Assembly: GCF_964355755.1 (NCBI RefSeq)
Contig: NC_092673.1
Span: 8,370,001 to 8,434,000 of the forward strand
Origin: Antedon mediterranea
Taxonomy: Eukaryota; Animalia; Echinodermata
DNA: 64,000 nt
Reading direction: 5' to 3'
Shown here one piece after another: positions 24,074 to 36,973 of the stretch. Numbering within the stretch: the first letter of the stretch is position 1; each line of letters starts with the position of its first letter. Made by a program: the position numbers and the translations under genes. Under the pieces are notes generated by a model. That model did not search any database. It saw nothing but the letters and a program-made list of their open reading frames with translations, and had not been told where the DNA came from.

Positions 24074-25842
24074 GTATTTTTTAATATAGTTATAGTTTCA
24101 ATATATTATGAAATAACTTTTTGATAATTAATGAATATAATAAAACTGAATGGCCAACTGGTAATGGCAAAAAATGCGAAATATAAGATAGGCTGGGATT
24201 CAATTAACGACACCCACCTAAACACAATGGTTAACGATGCAAAAACTTAATTAAAAAAAATTAGGATTACAAATATTCCCACAGTTTATTATTTCTACTT
24301 GCTATCAGTATGCTAATTGAATATTAGTTGCAAATCAAACTCAACCTAAGATGACATTGTGAAAAAAAGTGTCAGCAGGCAATGTTTGCCCCAAATTTCT
24401 AATCAATTAAAATCGTGACAACGGTTAAACGGTTTTTAATTTATTCACACGATAAATGCAAACATTCTCTTCAGAATGTATTTGACGACTTAATTTTGCT
24501 CATTCATGTCATATTTAGGTAATGGGAAAATATGCAAATACGATGCTGGAGACTCTGTTATAGTAAGTCGTCAATATTATTATTTCATAATCATTATTAT
24601 ATGCGCAAGCCATCGGGCGCGCTCTCAGCGGTCAAGGTTGACCGCGAAAATTGGTAACAGTCATTAATAGGAAAGTGGTGGACAACGTTTTTCATGAAAC
24701 ATCCCAGCATTCTTCTATATATTCACATGACCTCTCTAGCTTAGTGCTGGTCTTTACTCAGTAGGGATACCCACCACTGGATTACAAAGCATTATTTGAG
24801 AGTAGAAAATAGTAAATTTTAACTTTCCATTTTTATATATATATATATTATTTTTTTTATTAACAACCACATTTCAAACAGCTACCAACTGAAATTAGAA
24901 CCGAAAAGAAACATCAGTATCTAAATCATTATACAAAATGAACCGTGTAGGTATAGGCTTACTTTCCAAAGCGCAGTTTGCGTTGCACAAACGTCTGCAA
25001 ATACTGGTATGTATATTAGAACCCGGCATGTATGCTAGGAATATATTTGGCCAACGTTTTGTTTCTAATTGTGCTGCACACTCAACCACTATTTACGAGT
25101 AAAAAAAACATTGGCTGTAATTTTGGTTTTGTTATCCGGTAGGCCTACCTGTGTTTAGCCTACATAAATGCAGAAGTATAATTATGTTGATCATCAACTT
25201 ACGTTAAGCTATGGTTGTTGCTTTTGTTTTAAAGTCTGTCTCCTTCCAAAGTGAATCTATTGAAAATGACGTCATAGCATACATTATTCGGAAAGTTATA
25301 AACTTCTTTGTTCGGAACTTGACTCTTTAATTAATTAAAAAAATAATCTCAATTATCACCTCAGGTGAATAATACTTCGGTTTCAATATCTTTAAAAACA
25401 TTGGCATGGCATTCCATATAATACACAATGCTATACAATTGCATTTTGTTTAAACAAACAGCGCTTGTGGCTACGGTATGTTTTTCTTTAAAAATGCTAA
25501 AATATAAGAATGTCTATATGATAGCCTACAAAAGGCAACAGCTGAATGAATGGTCGGCCCTGTTAGCTGGCAATGAAAGAAGTAACATACTTATACAATC
25601 ATTATCTTAATTAACATTGTAAATTATATTCTGCCTTCTCTATTAAAAAATCTGTTCAAATCGTCTTATGGAAAAATAAAAACAACAACATTTCTCACCA
25701 ACAACAACATTTAAAACTACTTATATTAATGCAGACGTAGACGGCGATAAAAAAAAACACGATCTTGAATAACAAAATGAATGAAATGATCGAATTCAAT
25801 TTGATTTACTTTAATTATAAAAATTAAAAATAAAAACCAAGA

Positions 25843-26020
25843 ATGACGTTAAAATGTTTACCATGATTCCTAATCAAACCATGTTCCGGTCAAGCTCAAG
25901 TAGGTTATTCTGTATGTATTATTATGACGTTAGAATGTTTACCATGATTCCTAATCAAACCATGTTCCAGTCAAGCTCAAGTAGGTTATTCTGTATTTAT
26001 TATTATGATGTTAGAAATGT
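25843..26020. repeat. 81-bp tandem duplication (about 2.2 copies)
   Basis: Unit atgacgtta(a/g)aatgtttaccatgattcctaatcaaaccatgttcc... starts at 25843, 25924 and (partially) 26005. Confidence 0.9.
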
Positions 26021-28054
26021 ATCTAGTAGGCCTATACTAAAACCAACTCTTAGTGGCCGCCAAAAAATGTACATCAATTAAAACATTTCATGGTGATTAA
26101 ATGTCCGAATTCTGGTATTCAAGTCTTAATAGTGAAATAAAAAGTGGAAATGATTGAGTCAAAAATATAACATAAGCTAAGCATCTATCGGCAAGTAATC
26201 TTGACAAGTTTGAAGTAAACACATTATCGGTTGGCATTGAAGAAATACTGTTTAAAAATTGGCGTTTCCTGTTATATCTTTAAAAAGCCTGTCCCAGAAA
26301 GCACTACCGCTTCAAGGTTATTCAATTGACAAATATATCCGATTTATTATAAAAGAAAGTCCTTCTATAGATTAAAGGATATTTTTTTATTGTATTGTAC
26401 AATGAGTGTGTACTGGTGTTACTTATGATAGTTATGTGCAACTATAGAGACTGTTTTTACTCCCTTTTTACTACATTATTTAGGCCTATTTTAAATCAAC
26501 TGCGCTGAATGCAGTTCTACAATGCATATTGACAGAAATAAAGAGATTTGTTTTTAGTTTTTCACTAGGCGATACATGTGAAACACGTGTGATGCTGTAC
26601 CACCGAATAATCCTAAGGTATTTCTAGTGGAGACATATATATATATATATATTTTACAGTACCGGAATCGGGTGAAGTAGGGCCTATTATAACTTTCCTA
26701 CCGACGATTTGTTTGAATGGGGATTGCAATCAAGTATTTGATAATGTTTAATTGTTCTTATTTTAATCATTATAGTATAAATAATTCACAATCGTATAAT
26801 CGTTCAAATTGTGTGATGTGTTTATTTCGGAGATGACAATGTTCCTCATCCCGACGGACGGTGTTTCCCGCAATAAAAACCAGTCCTATGCCACCTACGG
26901 ATTCGGAGAATGAAGTGTCAGTAACTATAGGTGGCGCTTTTACCCATGGCATTACGACCGGGATTACAATCAAGCACTGCTATTTTAACTTGTTTTTACA
27001 AAAATAATTAGTCTCTATGAACTTGATGGGTTATTCTCAACAATCCATAACTCATACATGATCCAGAGAAGATTTTTATTCTTTCTTTTTATTTAATTAT
27101 TAGACTTGTTGGTGTTGATAATCAATCCGAACCAGATGTATATCGTTTTCCACTAGTCAAATCGAAAAATGTGTCGACTAATGCACATGCGTATTTATAT
27201 TTTCAACAAATGCGACAAAACTCAGGAATGTGTTCGATTCACGAGAATATATTCGCCCATTAAAACACAGACTTCAGGTCCGTTCTGAAAGTGAAACGAG
27301 GTGCATATGTTTCATTAAAAAGTGGAACAAAATTAACTGCTCTTAAAACAAATTCTAGTTATCAAATTAGTAAATGACATAAACACAATACTGTCGGAAT
27401 TTGTATTACAAAACAATATAAATGAGTTATGTTGAAAATAACTATATTTTGAGCCCGGGGCATATTCATGCATCAAATGTGTGTAGTGTTTTTTTTATGG
27501 TAACTTAAACTTGAACCTGTCTGCGGTACGGTGTAGGGGCATATTTCCTTTCAGCAAACGGAAATCAAAGATAATCTATATCATGTCTCAAAACAGTAGG
27601 TTTGGACAAACAAATATACAACCAGCTTGGGTTGCTTATTTATGCCTACATAGATCGTTATAATCGATAGTCATCTGTCCAACTAGTTGCTGATGTGCAC
27701 ATGTAGGCCTATTGTGAATGGTGATCATTTACACGGCCTTCTATAGTCTTATCCGCACCAAATTGATAAGCTTAGTTATTTCCTTATCTTTGTATGACTG
27801 TCACCAAATACGTACATTATATATTCATACATATTTTCTATGAAGTAATAAAAACCACAAAATATTATTTTGTAAATCTTTACAATTTTAATAGAACCCA
27901 ACATTTAAATCAAGTTGTTTTTTTAGAACGACACGGCCGTATGGGAACGATAGAAAATAATTCAACTAAATTAAAAACAAAGTAAAACTTATCATTATTG
28001 GTATTGAGAGAATCAAATATAAGTGATCAATAAACTGAATGCCACCTTTTAGTT

Positions 28055-28630
28055 GAAGACGTGACGTTTTGTCTGCGTAGCTTTTGATTGGCTATCAAGT
28101 TGGTTACAGGAACGTTCTGATTATGTAGATCACTTCCTTTGTCGATTGCATCCATCCACTCCTGGGGATTCGCAACCGCTCCCCGGGTCCTTGCCTCTAC
28201 GAATATCAACTCACGCTGGGTTTTCAGTTCAGTTTGAACCAAACTTTCGTCCACCCGGGTGCAAACTTTCTCTCAGAGTATTCTTTATTTTTTTATGTTT
28301 ACTTCTACATTTTGCTGTTTCAGACAGCCAACCAACAGTTATTTGGATTATCATATTATTTTATTCCCTAAACTGGTCGACGTGGTTACTTTGGTTCCTG
28401 TAGGAAATAACTTGTAGTGTGATGGAAAACAATATCGAAATTTCTATCGGAAGCGTATGATATCATCAAGCAATCAACACAGACAGGTTATCGGCGAGTG
28501 AATTTGATTTCATCTACTAGTATTAAACACAATAATGTGGTGGTATTGAGTGATCAACGGTGTTTATTTTAAATGATGGAATATACAGCCAAGTGTCATA
28601 CAGAATGAACGTCTTTTTCACAGGAATAAG
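28055..28630 (+). promoter_or_regulatory. Candidate promoter and distal first exon of the collagen gene
   Basis: CRE-like GTGACGT (28061), reverse CCAAT (28087-28091), GC-elevated leader and donor AAG|GTAGG at 28630/28631. ATG at 28605 would splice in frame to exon 44983. Confidence 0.4.
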
Positions 28631-31600
28631 GTAGGAACTTATACTTATATTAAAAAAAAAATTATATTATGCACTGTGAGTGTGAAAAGAAAACAAAATA
28701 ATAAACATTCATAAAAATATTAATGGTTTGATGATTTATGAGTTCTTCTCCTTCATCTGCTCTTAAACGACTGGTTTTACTCAATGAATCAATGCACTTC
28801 AACAGTATATCTGTCAAGAAAGAGTCACGGATTATTTATTATAAGTAAAGGGCCGACCCACAAAGCAACCCTTTTCACCTTCCATGAACCTCAGCATAAA
28901 TACCTGTGTATAGAAAATGGAGGAACGAAAGCCAGACTCAACAATATTTGGCGAAAACAACGTGTATGTTGTTTTAACTAACAGCGATGGTGTTTAATAA
29001 CCGAAACTAGTGGTACTATTTGAGAATTAAAAATACACAACACACGCTGCCGCTGTGTTTAGTCCTACATGGCGCACGATGTCAAACCGTTCCGGTTTTT
29101 AGGAATTCTCCATCTTATAAATAGTTGTTTTTATACGTCATCTTTTGTTTAACCATTAGTGATATAGTAGACCTGACCTGGTGGTGGTATATAGATACAG
29201 TATTATCTTTTCAAGTGTCATGAGGGGCAAATATTATCTCGGCTTGCTTACATACATAGCATGACCGATTTTTTGAATAATAACATTATGTACATGTATT
29301 AATTAAAATAAAATGTACTTTTAGGAATTAAAGTGGACACCACGTGGAAAGTTATGTCTTGGAATGTTGCCCAGATAAAGTTTCAAATTCAGACACAACC
29401 TGGGCAAGTCCCAATCGCCAAATGACACTGGTGTATTAAAGGCTAATGGACATCAAGGGTTGTCTTACTTACTAGCCTTAGGAAATGTATGTAATCAATG
29501 ATGAGTCTCATCCTTTTGTACTTGATACGATCTATCAGAGTTCGAAAGTACAACAAGTGATACAAAAATGTACTCAATTCTTTGTATTGAATTTAGAATT
29601 TTAGCACCGTGATATAGGCCTAGAGTAGGTATAAATATGAGCATAACTAAACATAACGCTAATAATTACGAAGTATGGTGTTTATTTTGTCATAATCATT
29701 GACAATTTTTTAGGCTTTGTGAATCATGAATAAGTCGGAATTGAACGACGGACTATGTAATTGTATTGTAATGTCGGCCATGATTATTTCATTGATATTT
29801 TGCTTGTTCGATTTAAAATGACTTTCTGGATCAACATAGAAAATAAGAAGTTATGTCTGTGGCGCACACAACAAAATAGAGATACGTGTATCTCTATTTA
29901 GTTTTAAATAAGAATATCAGAATAAATTACAGCTCAGAACGCAACGGGCTAGGTTAGCATATTTTTCAAGAAACATTTTTCTCTCCACACGCATGTATGT
30001 TTAAAGGTGTCATAATGGCCCCATCAATTTAATTTCCGACCTAGACAAATCTGTCAGCTGATACTCGGTTGATTTTCATTTATATATGGTGTGAACATTT
30101 TGTTAGCAATAAAAGTAGATTATCTTGGAAATATACGTACTGTATGTGAATATTGTCTTAAATTAGATCATAATGTGAAGGAAGAAGAGCAGGGTAACAT
30201 ATTATGTTAGATGAATTGTTATTACAAGAGTATGCCTATCTGTGCCCACATGATTCAATTAGCTTATGGCTTTTGAACTTGGCGAGCCAACGAACGCAAA
30301 CTTGTTATTTCTTATACCGAGCTGCACCCACCTACCTCAGTAGTTTGAAGACCGTGCGCGACCCTAGTCTCTTAATAAAGCCGGACAGACACGAATATTA
30401 AAACCAATAAACTGACAGTTTTCAATTCAATTTCCAAATTCCAGTGTTAACTTTAATTTAATTAGCACGTTTCAGTGTGTTGTAAACTAGAACAGAATTT
30501 CTAACGAAACGGAATATTGTAGAAGGCCTACACCAAACCAATATACTATAGTATATTGTATAAACAATTCTCAGTATAGCTAACTGAAAGAAGTCAAACC
30601 AAGTATTATGACGTGAACACACCTGAGCCACTATTTCACCTGGTAGGTCACCGAATTTGAACCTGAAGCAACCGGCTAGAACGCTGAACTCTATTATTGT
30701 CAAAAGGAAAATACGAGTCTAAAAAACGCGTCTACGAGGGATCAAAGTACTGTGTTGATGATGTAACATTACCATCGATTTTAGACCCAGCATACAATTT
30801 GTGTACACAGAAATAATAGCTGTATCCACTATACTAATCACATTCAAAGTTGGGTTTTTTATAGACCTATTACAACATTAGATACAATTTTAAAAAATCC
30901 TTCTTTAAAGTCAGGGAATCAAGGTTAGGTTAGCAGTTAAAGTTTTGATGATTATTCTCCCAAATGGGAACAATTCATTGAGGAACCCTTATTAGTTTTG
31001 ACCTTGTTGTTTACACCTATATATTATATACAACGTATACACACATAAAGTCTATGGTCATACCCAAAGGATCTGAATGAATGATTTAATAATTTTGTTT
31101 TAAAATCTTTAACTGATGCATGACACTGATAATATCGTTTGAAACAGTTTATCTCTCAAAACAGAAGTCTATAACCAATATTAAGGAAGAACGCATCCTG
31201 CTGACATGTCTATTTTACAGACTGAATTACATGGTCTTGAGGTAGTATGGTAATATATACTGACTTAGCTGTCAGTTGCCATCCACCACTTTCAGTGGTT
31301 CATCCCTTAAACTGTCATCATACGTGTCTCCGGGGAGTCAGAGCTAGATTATTACGACTGAGAGACTAAAATGTCTAAAATAATTTCTTCCAAACGCAAT
31401 TATTTTTTACAAGAGTAATCTTTAAAAAATAACTTTCATTTCATTTATTGATTAATCAGTAAACAACTCTTTTAAATACAGTCATAAACAATAACAGGGT
31501 GTTTCGATGTGTATTAAGGCTACGTTTTCAAAAGAATGATCAAATTCTAATAAATATCAAGTATATAAATTAACACGATACTATTTATATACTTTAATTA

Positions 31601-33748
31601 AAATATAACAGAATATTACTAGAATTTTGCCAACTTCTTATAAATTAGGTTTGTGTCATCACTTTTTACACGCTGTCTATGTTTTGGGCCCAAAGGTTAT
31701 TGGCCAGAGCAATATAGGTGTGGTAATTAATGTTGTTGCTTGTCTACTGTAGGCGTATCGAAAACGACAGGTAGGCCGCATTCACCTTGCGTGGTACATT
31801 TCTCAAGCACGATCAAATTCCTTGGTTACATTTTCCTGACTGATTTTAAAATGCCAGTCGGGCCTCTACTGTTTGGCGGTCAAATCATTTAGCTCCACGC
31901 CACGTTTATAAGTGGTTATTAACCTAGACGGTAGAGTAATGTAAGTAAGATTTATGGTCTCATAGAGAGGTTACAAAATTAATATATTATTGTATTTCTG
32001 CAGTAATTCTATCATCGGTAAATTACTAGATTTCGCCGTAAATCAAACTTCGTTTATAGAATCAAATAACTTTTCCGGGTCAAAGTCAGTAGTAAATTCG
32101 CTTAGCACATGAATGACATATTGGTAGTAAAATCACACCAGCGTATTTTATCTGATTCTAAGTGCTGTATCTCCACATAAGACATTTTACCAAATGCTCA
32201 GATTTTACTGGGCAAATATTGCAGTTTCAGAGCGACTAGATCGATACTGACGTCCCAACAGGAACAAGGGCCTTTACTGGAGGACAGTCTTATCTCATGC
32301 ACTCACTAGATTGTTGAGATGTTGATACGCTCAAACCATCTTTGAATATCGGTATGCTTGCCCAGTAAAATCTGAGCATTTGGTAAAATGTCGTTATCAT
32401 GTAAAGGTTAGGATGGTACATGGTACAAGAGATGCATGTGAAACACAAACTGGGGAAACCTAGATTCAGCACCGAACTGATATGGTGCGTATTCTTATTG
32501 TATTGTTCTTACAATCAAGGAAAGCAATTCGATGTATTGAAAACAATTAAATAACAATCTCTTTTTGTAACTTCCTTGACAAATATCGAATAACGACGAC
32601 TGTAACATTTGTTAGAGTATCCGTTACTTTAAAACTGTTGTAAAATTATTTTAAAAAATGAAGCATTCGATGCAGTGTTCTAAATACTAATTTTGATAAA
32701 TTTATGTAACTAAAAAGGTTTGCTAGCATATATTATGAAATCACTATGAAATATGCCGTAAATGCAACCCTGGATGAAAAAATTGGTATCGAGTATTGCT
32801 TTCACTTCCTTCAATTTTATAATATTATTAGTATTTTATTGGGCTAAAAATTGACCTGGCCTTGCTGCGTATTTGATTGATTGAAGTTTTGGCGTCGATT
32901 GTATCTGATATGGCTATTAGTTTGATCATCTTTTGTTTTAATGGAAATGCCATTTCCATCTTTTCTATTTAGTAGATAAATCTGACCATGTGCTAGTAGG
33001 GTTATCTGACATCTTTTCAATAATTCTTTATTATATAACAAATTAATATAAGACCATTAAGGTAAATATCTAAGGTTCAAATTATTAAAAATGAAGTCAC
33101 CTTAGTTTACCTCGTATTGTTTTAAATATTGTATTGAGCTCTACCTCCACTCTACCCATTTACGCAAATTTTATAACATTTTTGTTTTTACGAATATATC
33201 AATATAAACAGAATCCGAGAGAACCATAAAATGCAGTTTTAGAAATAGGCCTAAGCATATAATAATAATATTGTAATTTGTGCTGTACGAACACATTGTT
33301 GAAACTGAATTCCCAAGAAAGTGAACACGTCTGAACACTTTTCTCACTTATATAAACTATTAAAAAAATGATATATGTATGTATTTTAACCGGTCCGAAT
33401 CACTAAAAGGAATTTGTGTGTAGATTGTGTCGAGTTGTTCAATTTGTAAATTGATGCCCGCTTTTGATATATATTGTATATTGGCAAATAAAAAAAATCA
33501 AGAGTGTGGTAAATAGAATTGCACATTTTATCGTTGCCATGAATAAGCATTAAAGTTTTCTCACCCACGCTTTCACATTAAATTCCTAACCCCACTTTTA
33601 AATGGGAAGAACAATGCAAAAATAAATTCGACTGATCACATTTTAATAATATTCCACAAGTGTCCAATAATTGATACACGTGAATTGTGTCTGTATAATA
33701 AACACCTGACCTTAATATGTCAAATAAATGAATTACGGTAAAGCTTAA

Positions 33749-33793
33749 GGGAAACCCCTTTTTTCTAATACTAATCTCACAGAGGGAATCCCC
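33749..33793. promoter_or_regulatory. Pair of NF-kB consensus sites
   Basis: GGGAAACCCC (33749-33758) and GGGAATCCCC (33784-33793), both matching GGGRNNYYCC. Confidence 0.45.
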
Positions 33794-35087
33794 TTAGTAT
33801 AATGCAGCAGCTGGCTAAAATTTAAAAGAGTTTTAATAACCTTGCTTGCTTTTCTTTTTTTACAATTAATATCTACAGTATTTATACGAGTAAATGCCCC
33901 GGGATGTTATTGTCCAGGAGCCTTTTAGGGAGCGCTATTCGGATGAGGCGTTTTTTAAGTATAATATGGTAACATGTATAATCAAATGAATTTTCCCTAG
34001 ATATAAACAAATACTAACCCAATTAATATCAAGAAGTGATAAAATATACTAAAAAGTGTACATATCAATATGGCAGTCAAACAACAAATAGAAAATAAAA
34101 TATTTCCAGGACCATATCCGATCATATTGACCCCATGATGATGGATACAATCGCATAATGTACGTACAATACAAACGCTCTCTCATAGGCCTAGATATAT
34201 AATTTATACAAACATAAAATGTATATATATATATAAATTAGATGTTCGGACTGTTTGCGATTGGTTTTAGAATACTACTATGTTAGTCATTATAAGCGGA
34301 TACTTCTAATTTCCTCGAAGAGTGGCACTTCTAAGTGTTATCAATCGGAAAAATCTTTCAGTCGCTCTTATACACACGCTATTAATATCTAACTTGAAGT
34401 AAGCGGATTTTCCTTCACCTCAGCAAATGTATATTGATTCAAAAATATAATCGTAATAATTATGTATTTCTAATATTTAAGCAAGTAATATAAGTTGAAT
34501 CAAAGCTATGAGTCACCTTGCCAATTGCACTATATGATGGCCTATACGAATTAATTAGAACACGGTTAGCTGAATAGCTGAACATGTTCTTTGATCTTTA
34601 AACAGGTGAAAACGCTTCCCATTACTGCATATTATTGTTTTCAAATATTATGTCAATAGCTCAGTCCTCTATTTGAGAATCAATATACACATACTTTCCT
34701 ATTGCATTGTGCTTCTACATCTGCTAACCAGTAGTAACTGACCTCAGTACAAAAGTACACGTATGTCAAGTATAGAAATTGTTGCACAAGTCAAGGTTTT
34801 AAGGGGGTTTGACAGGACGTTGGACGTAGGTAATTCCCATGGGCGCAAACAGCTGCATCCGAACCCCAAAGAACGGGAAATTTAAAATTACTTTCCCGAA
34901 GTAAATAAAAAAAGTGAACAAAAGTATTCACTGTACAATGTGCGTCCCTCTTGTAGTACCTAATAATATAATAAATTTGTTGGATTCCATTATTTCGGTT
35001 AAACATTATTATTAATAACTCAAAGATATAAACATTCTATATAATATATAGCCTATTATAAACATAGTACACTCTATACTTTATAAT

Positions 35088-35215
35088 CTTCATCAACAAC
35101 AACAACATCATGTTTATCCTCCTCATCACCAACAACATAATCATCTTTATCATCCTCATCATTGACATCAACATCATAATCTTTATTATCACCATCTTCA
35201 TAACATCATCTCATC
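35088..35215. repeat. Degenerate (CAT/CAA)n microsatellite
   Basis: cttcatcaacaacaacaacatcat...catcctcatc. Explains the spurious Ile-rich ORF 35110-35301. Confidence 0.8.
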
Positions 35216-36859
35216 TGAATTCTGATAACAAATGTCTACTAACTACTACAGTACTATTATTGATTGAGCCAACCAAAGCTCCAGCGGAAAACAAAACCTA
35301 AACGTTCCGTACCCTCAATATTCCGTCACTTTATCTTTAAGACGCTTTCACGAACATTTTGTGATATAAATTATAAAAGGTGTTTTTTCATTGATTTTTT
35401 TAGTTGATGTAAGATGGTAAGATATATAGGAACATTCATGGTTGGTGGTTAACACATTGTTGTTACATGCATAATTTATATTATTCAGATTAGATTATTG
35501 TTAACGAATTAATAGACGCTTACTATATAACTTTATTGTTGGTAATTCTAATAAAGAGAAAGGGTGTTATGTAGTGTGTTATAGGTTTTGCTAAGCTTTT
35601 CGTCGCCTTAATTTACTTCAGGGATGCCAATTAGTTCATCGATTGCTAAGACTTTGAAAACAAATGAATGAGATGATGTTAGCTTTACAATTACAGTAGT
35701 ATGATCAGGTTAACAACATTAGCATGCTCATTCTACACAAAATTGCGTTTCTGTTGAAAAATTCCATAATATTCAGTTGTTTAGGTCTAGTACAATGAAA
35801 CCCGAAGGGTATTTAGGCCTATCTGAAAAGGATATAGAGTAGGCCTATGTAACACTAAAGCATAACTTGACTCTCATAGGTAAAATTAAATAACTTTAGG
35901 ATGTAATAACTGATATAATTTTGCCGCACCTGTCTCGTAGTCAGTTGTGCCACGATGACACATGTGGATTAAACGTTTTCCGACTCCATATTTTAGTTGA
36001 CAATATCTAACTTATTTAGACTATAAAGAACTGTATGTGAAATGTGAATAGAGTTATCATGCTCATTTCGTCTTAGAAAACCTACAGAATTGGACTTGTT
36101 TTTAAGAAATACTAAATGTGTGCTAGTTTCAAAAGCAATTGTGTCTAACAATGAATACATTGGTATGTTGTATTGCTTTAGAGACTGTTAGTTTCTTTAA
36201 ACTTAGCTATTCTAGCCTGATTGTACACAAACAGTGTTGTCTCAGCTTATTATAGTCTACACCTAACCCAAGTTCTTGTCTAGTAAAATTAGAATGATAG
36301 AGGCATTACTAATCGACTGGGGATTACAGTAGAATGACCTTGTACAGTCAATATAGTACTATTGGATTGAAGCCGAGGTGAATTCCTTCATGTAATAATG
36401 AATATTGTATCTGACTATGACACCCATGTGACCTCAAAAAGATTGCCAGGGAATACCCTCTACTAGACTTCCTTCCAGTTTATATAAATAAGTCTATTTC
36501 AAATAAACTGGTGTTGATTTTGAGTTTCAATTATTTGTGAGTGACCGTATTATAAACATGAACATAGTGTTATAGTATTACACTCCTCACATTCAGTTCA
36601 GTAACAATCAGAATGCTCATTATCGAAAATAGATAGGCCTACAATGTTAAATAAATAAATAGATAAATTGTATTTTTAAAATTATCTTGAGACCGAACAC
36701 ATCATCGTCTTTCTGGAACACCTTCTCCTTTTTAAACACAGTTCCCAAACATTTCCGAGTGGAGTAGATGAGTGGAGAGTGAGGGGAGGAAGGGATAGAG
36801 AATATTTTAAGTGCGAGAGGTAACAATTACCTGTCTATAGTATTTAAATACGGTACAGA

Positions 36860-36973
36860 ATTATAATTAATCATTTTTATACCCCATATGTAAGGTCACG
36901 TGCAGTAACAAAAATGTGTATAACGAACAAACAAACAAACAGACGTACAAACTCTCTCACTTATAATATAGAT
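36860..36973 (-). mobile_element. Helitron-like non-autonomous 5' fragment
   Basis: Minus strand begins A|TCTATATTATAAGTGAGAGAGTTTG followed by (GTTT)n. A TC start plus a proximal microsatellite resembles short non-autonomous Helitrons. Confidence 0.35.

Noticed and set aside
28146-28403. 85-aa ORF with a hydrophobic C-terminus
   Set aside because: Non-ATG start, hydrophobicity explained by T-rich sequence, and no recognisable family. More likely 5' UTR.
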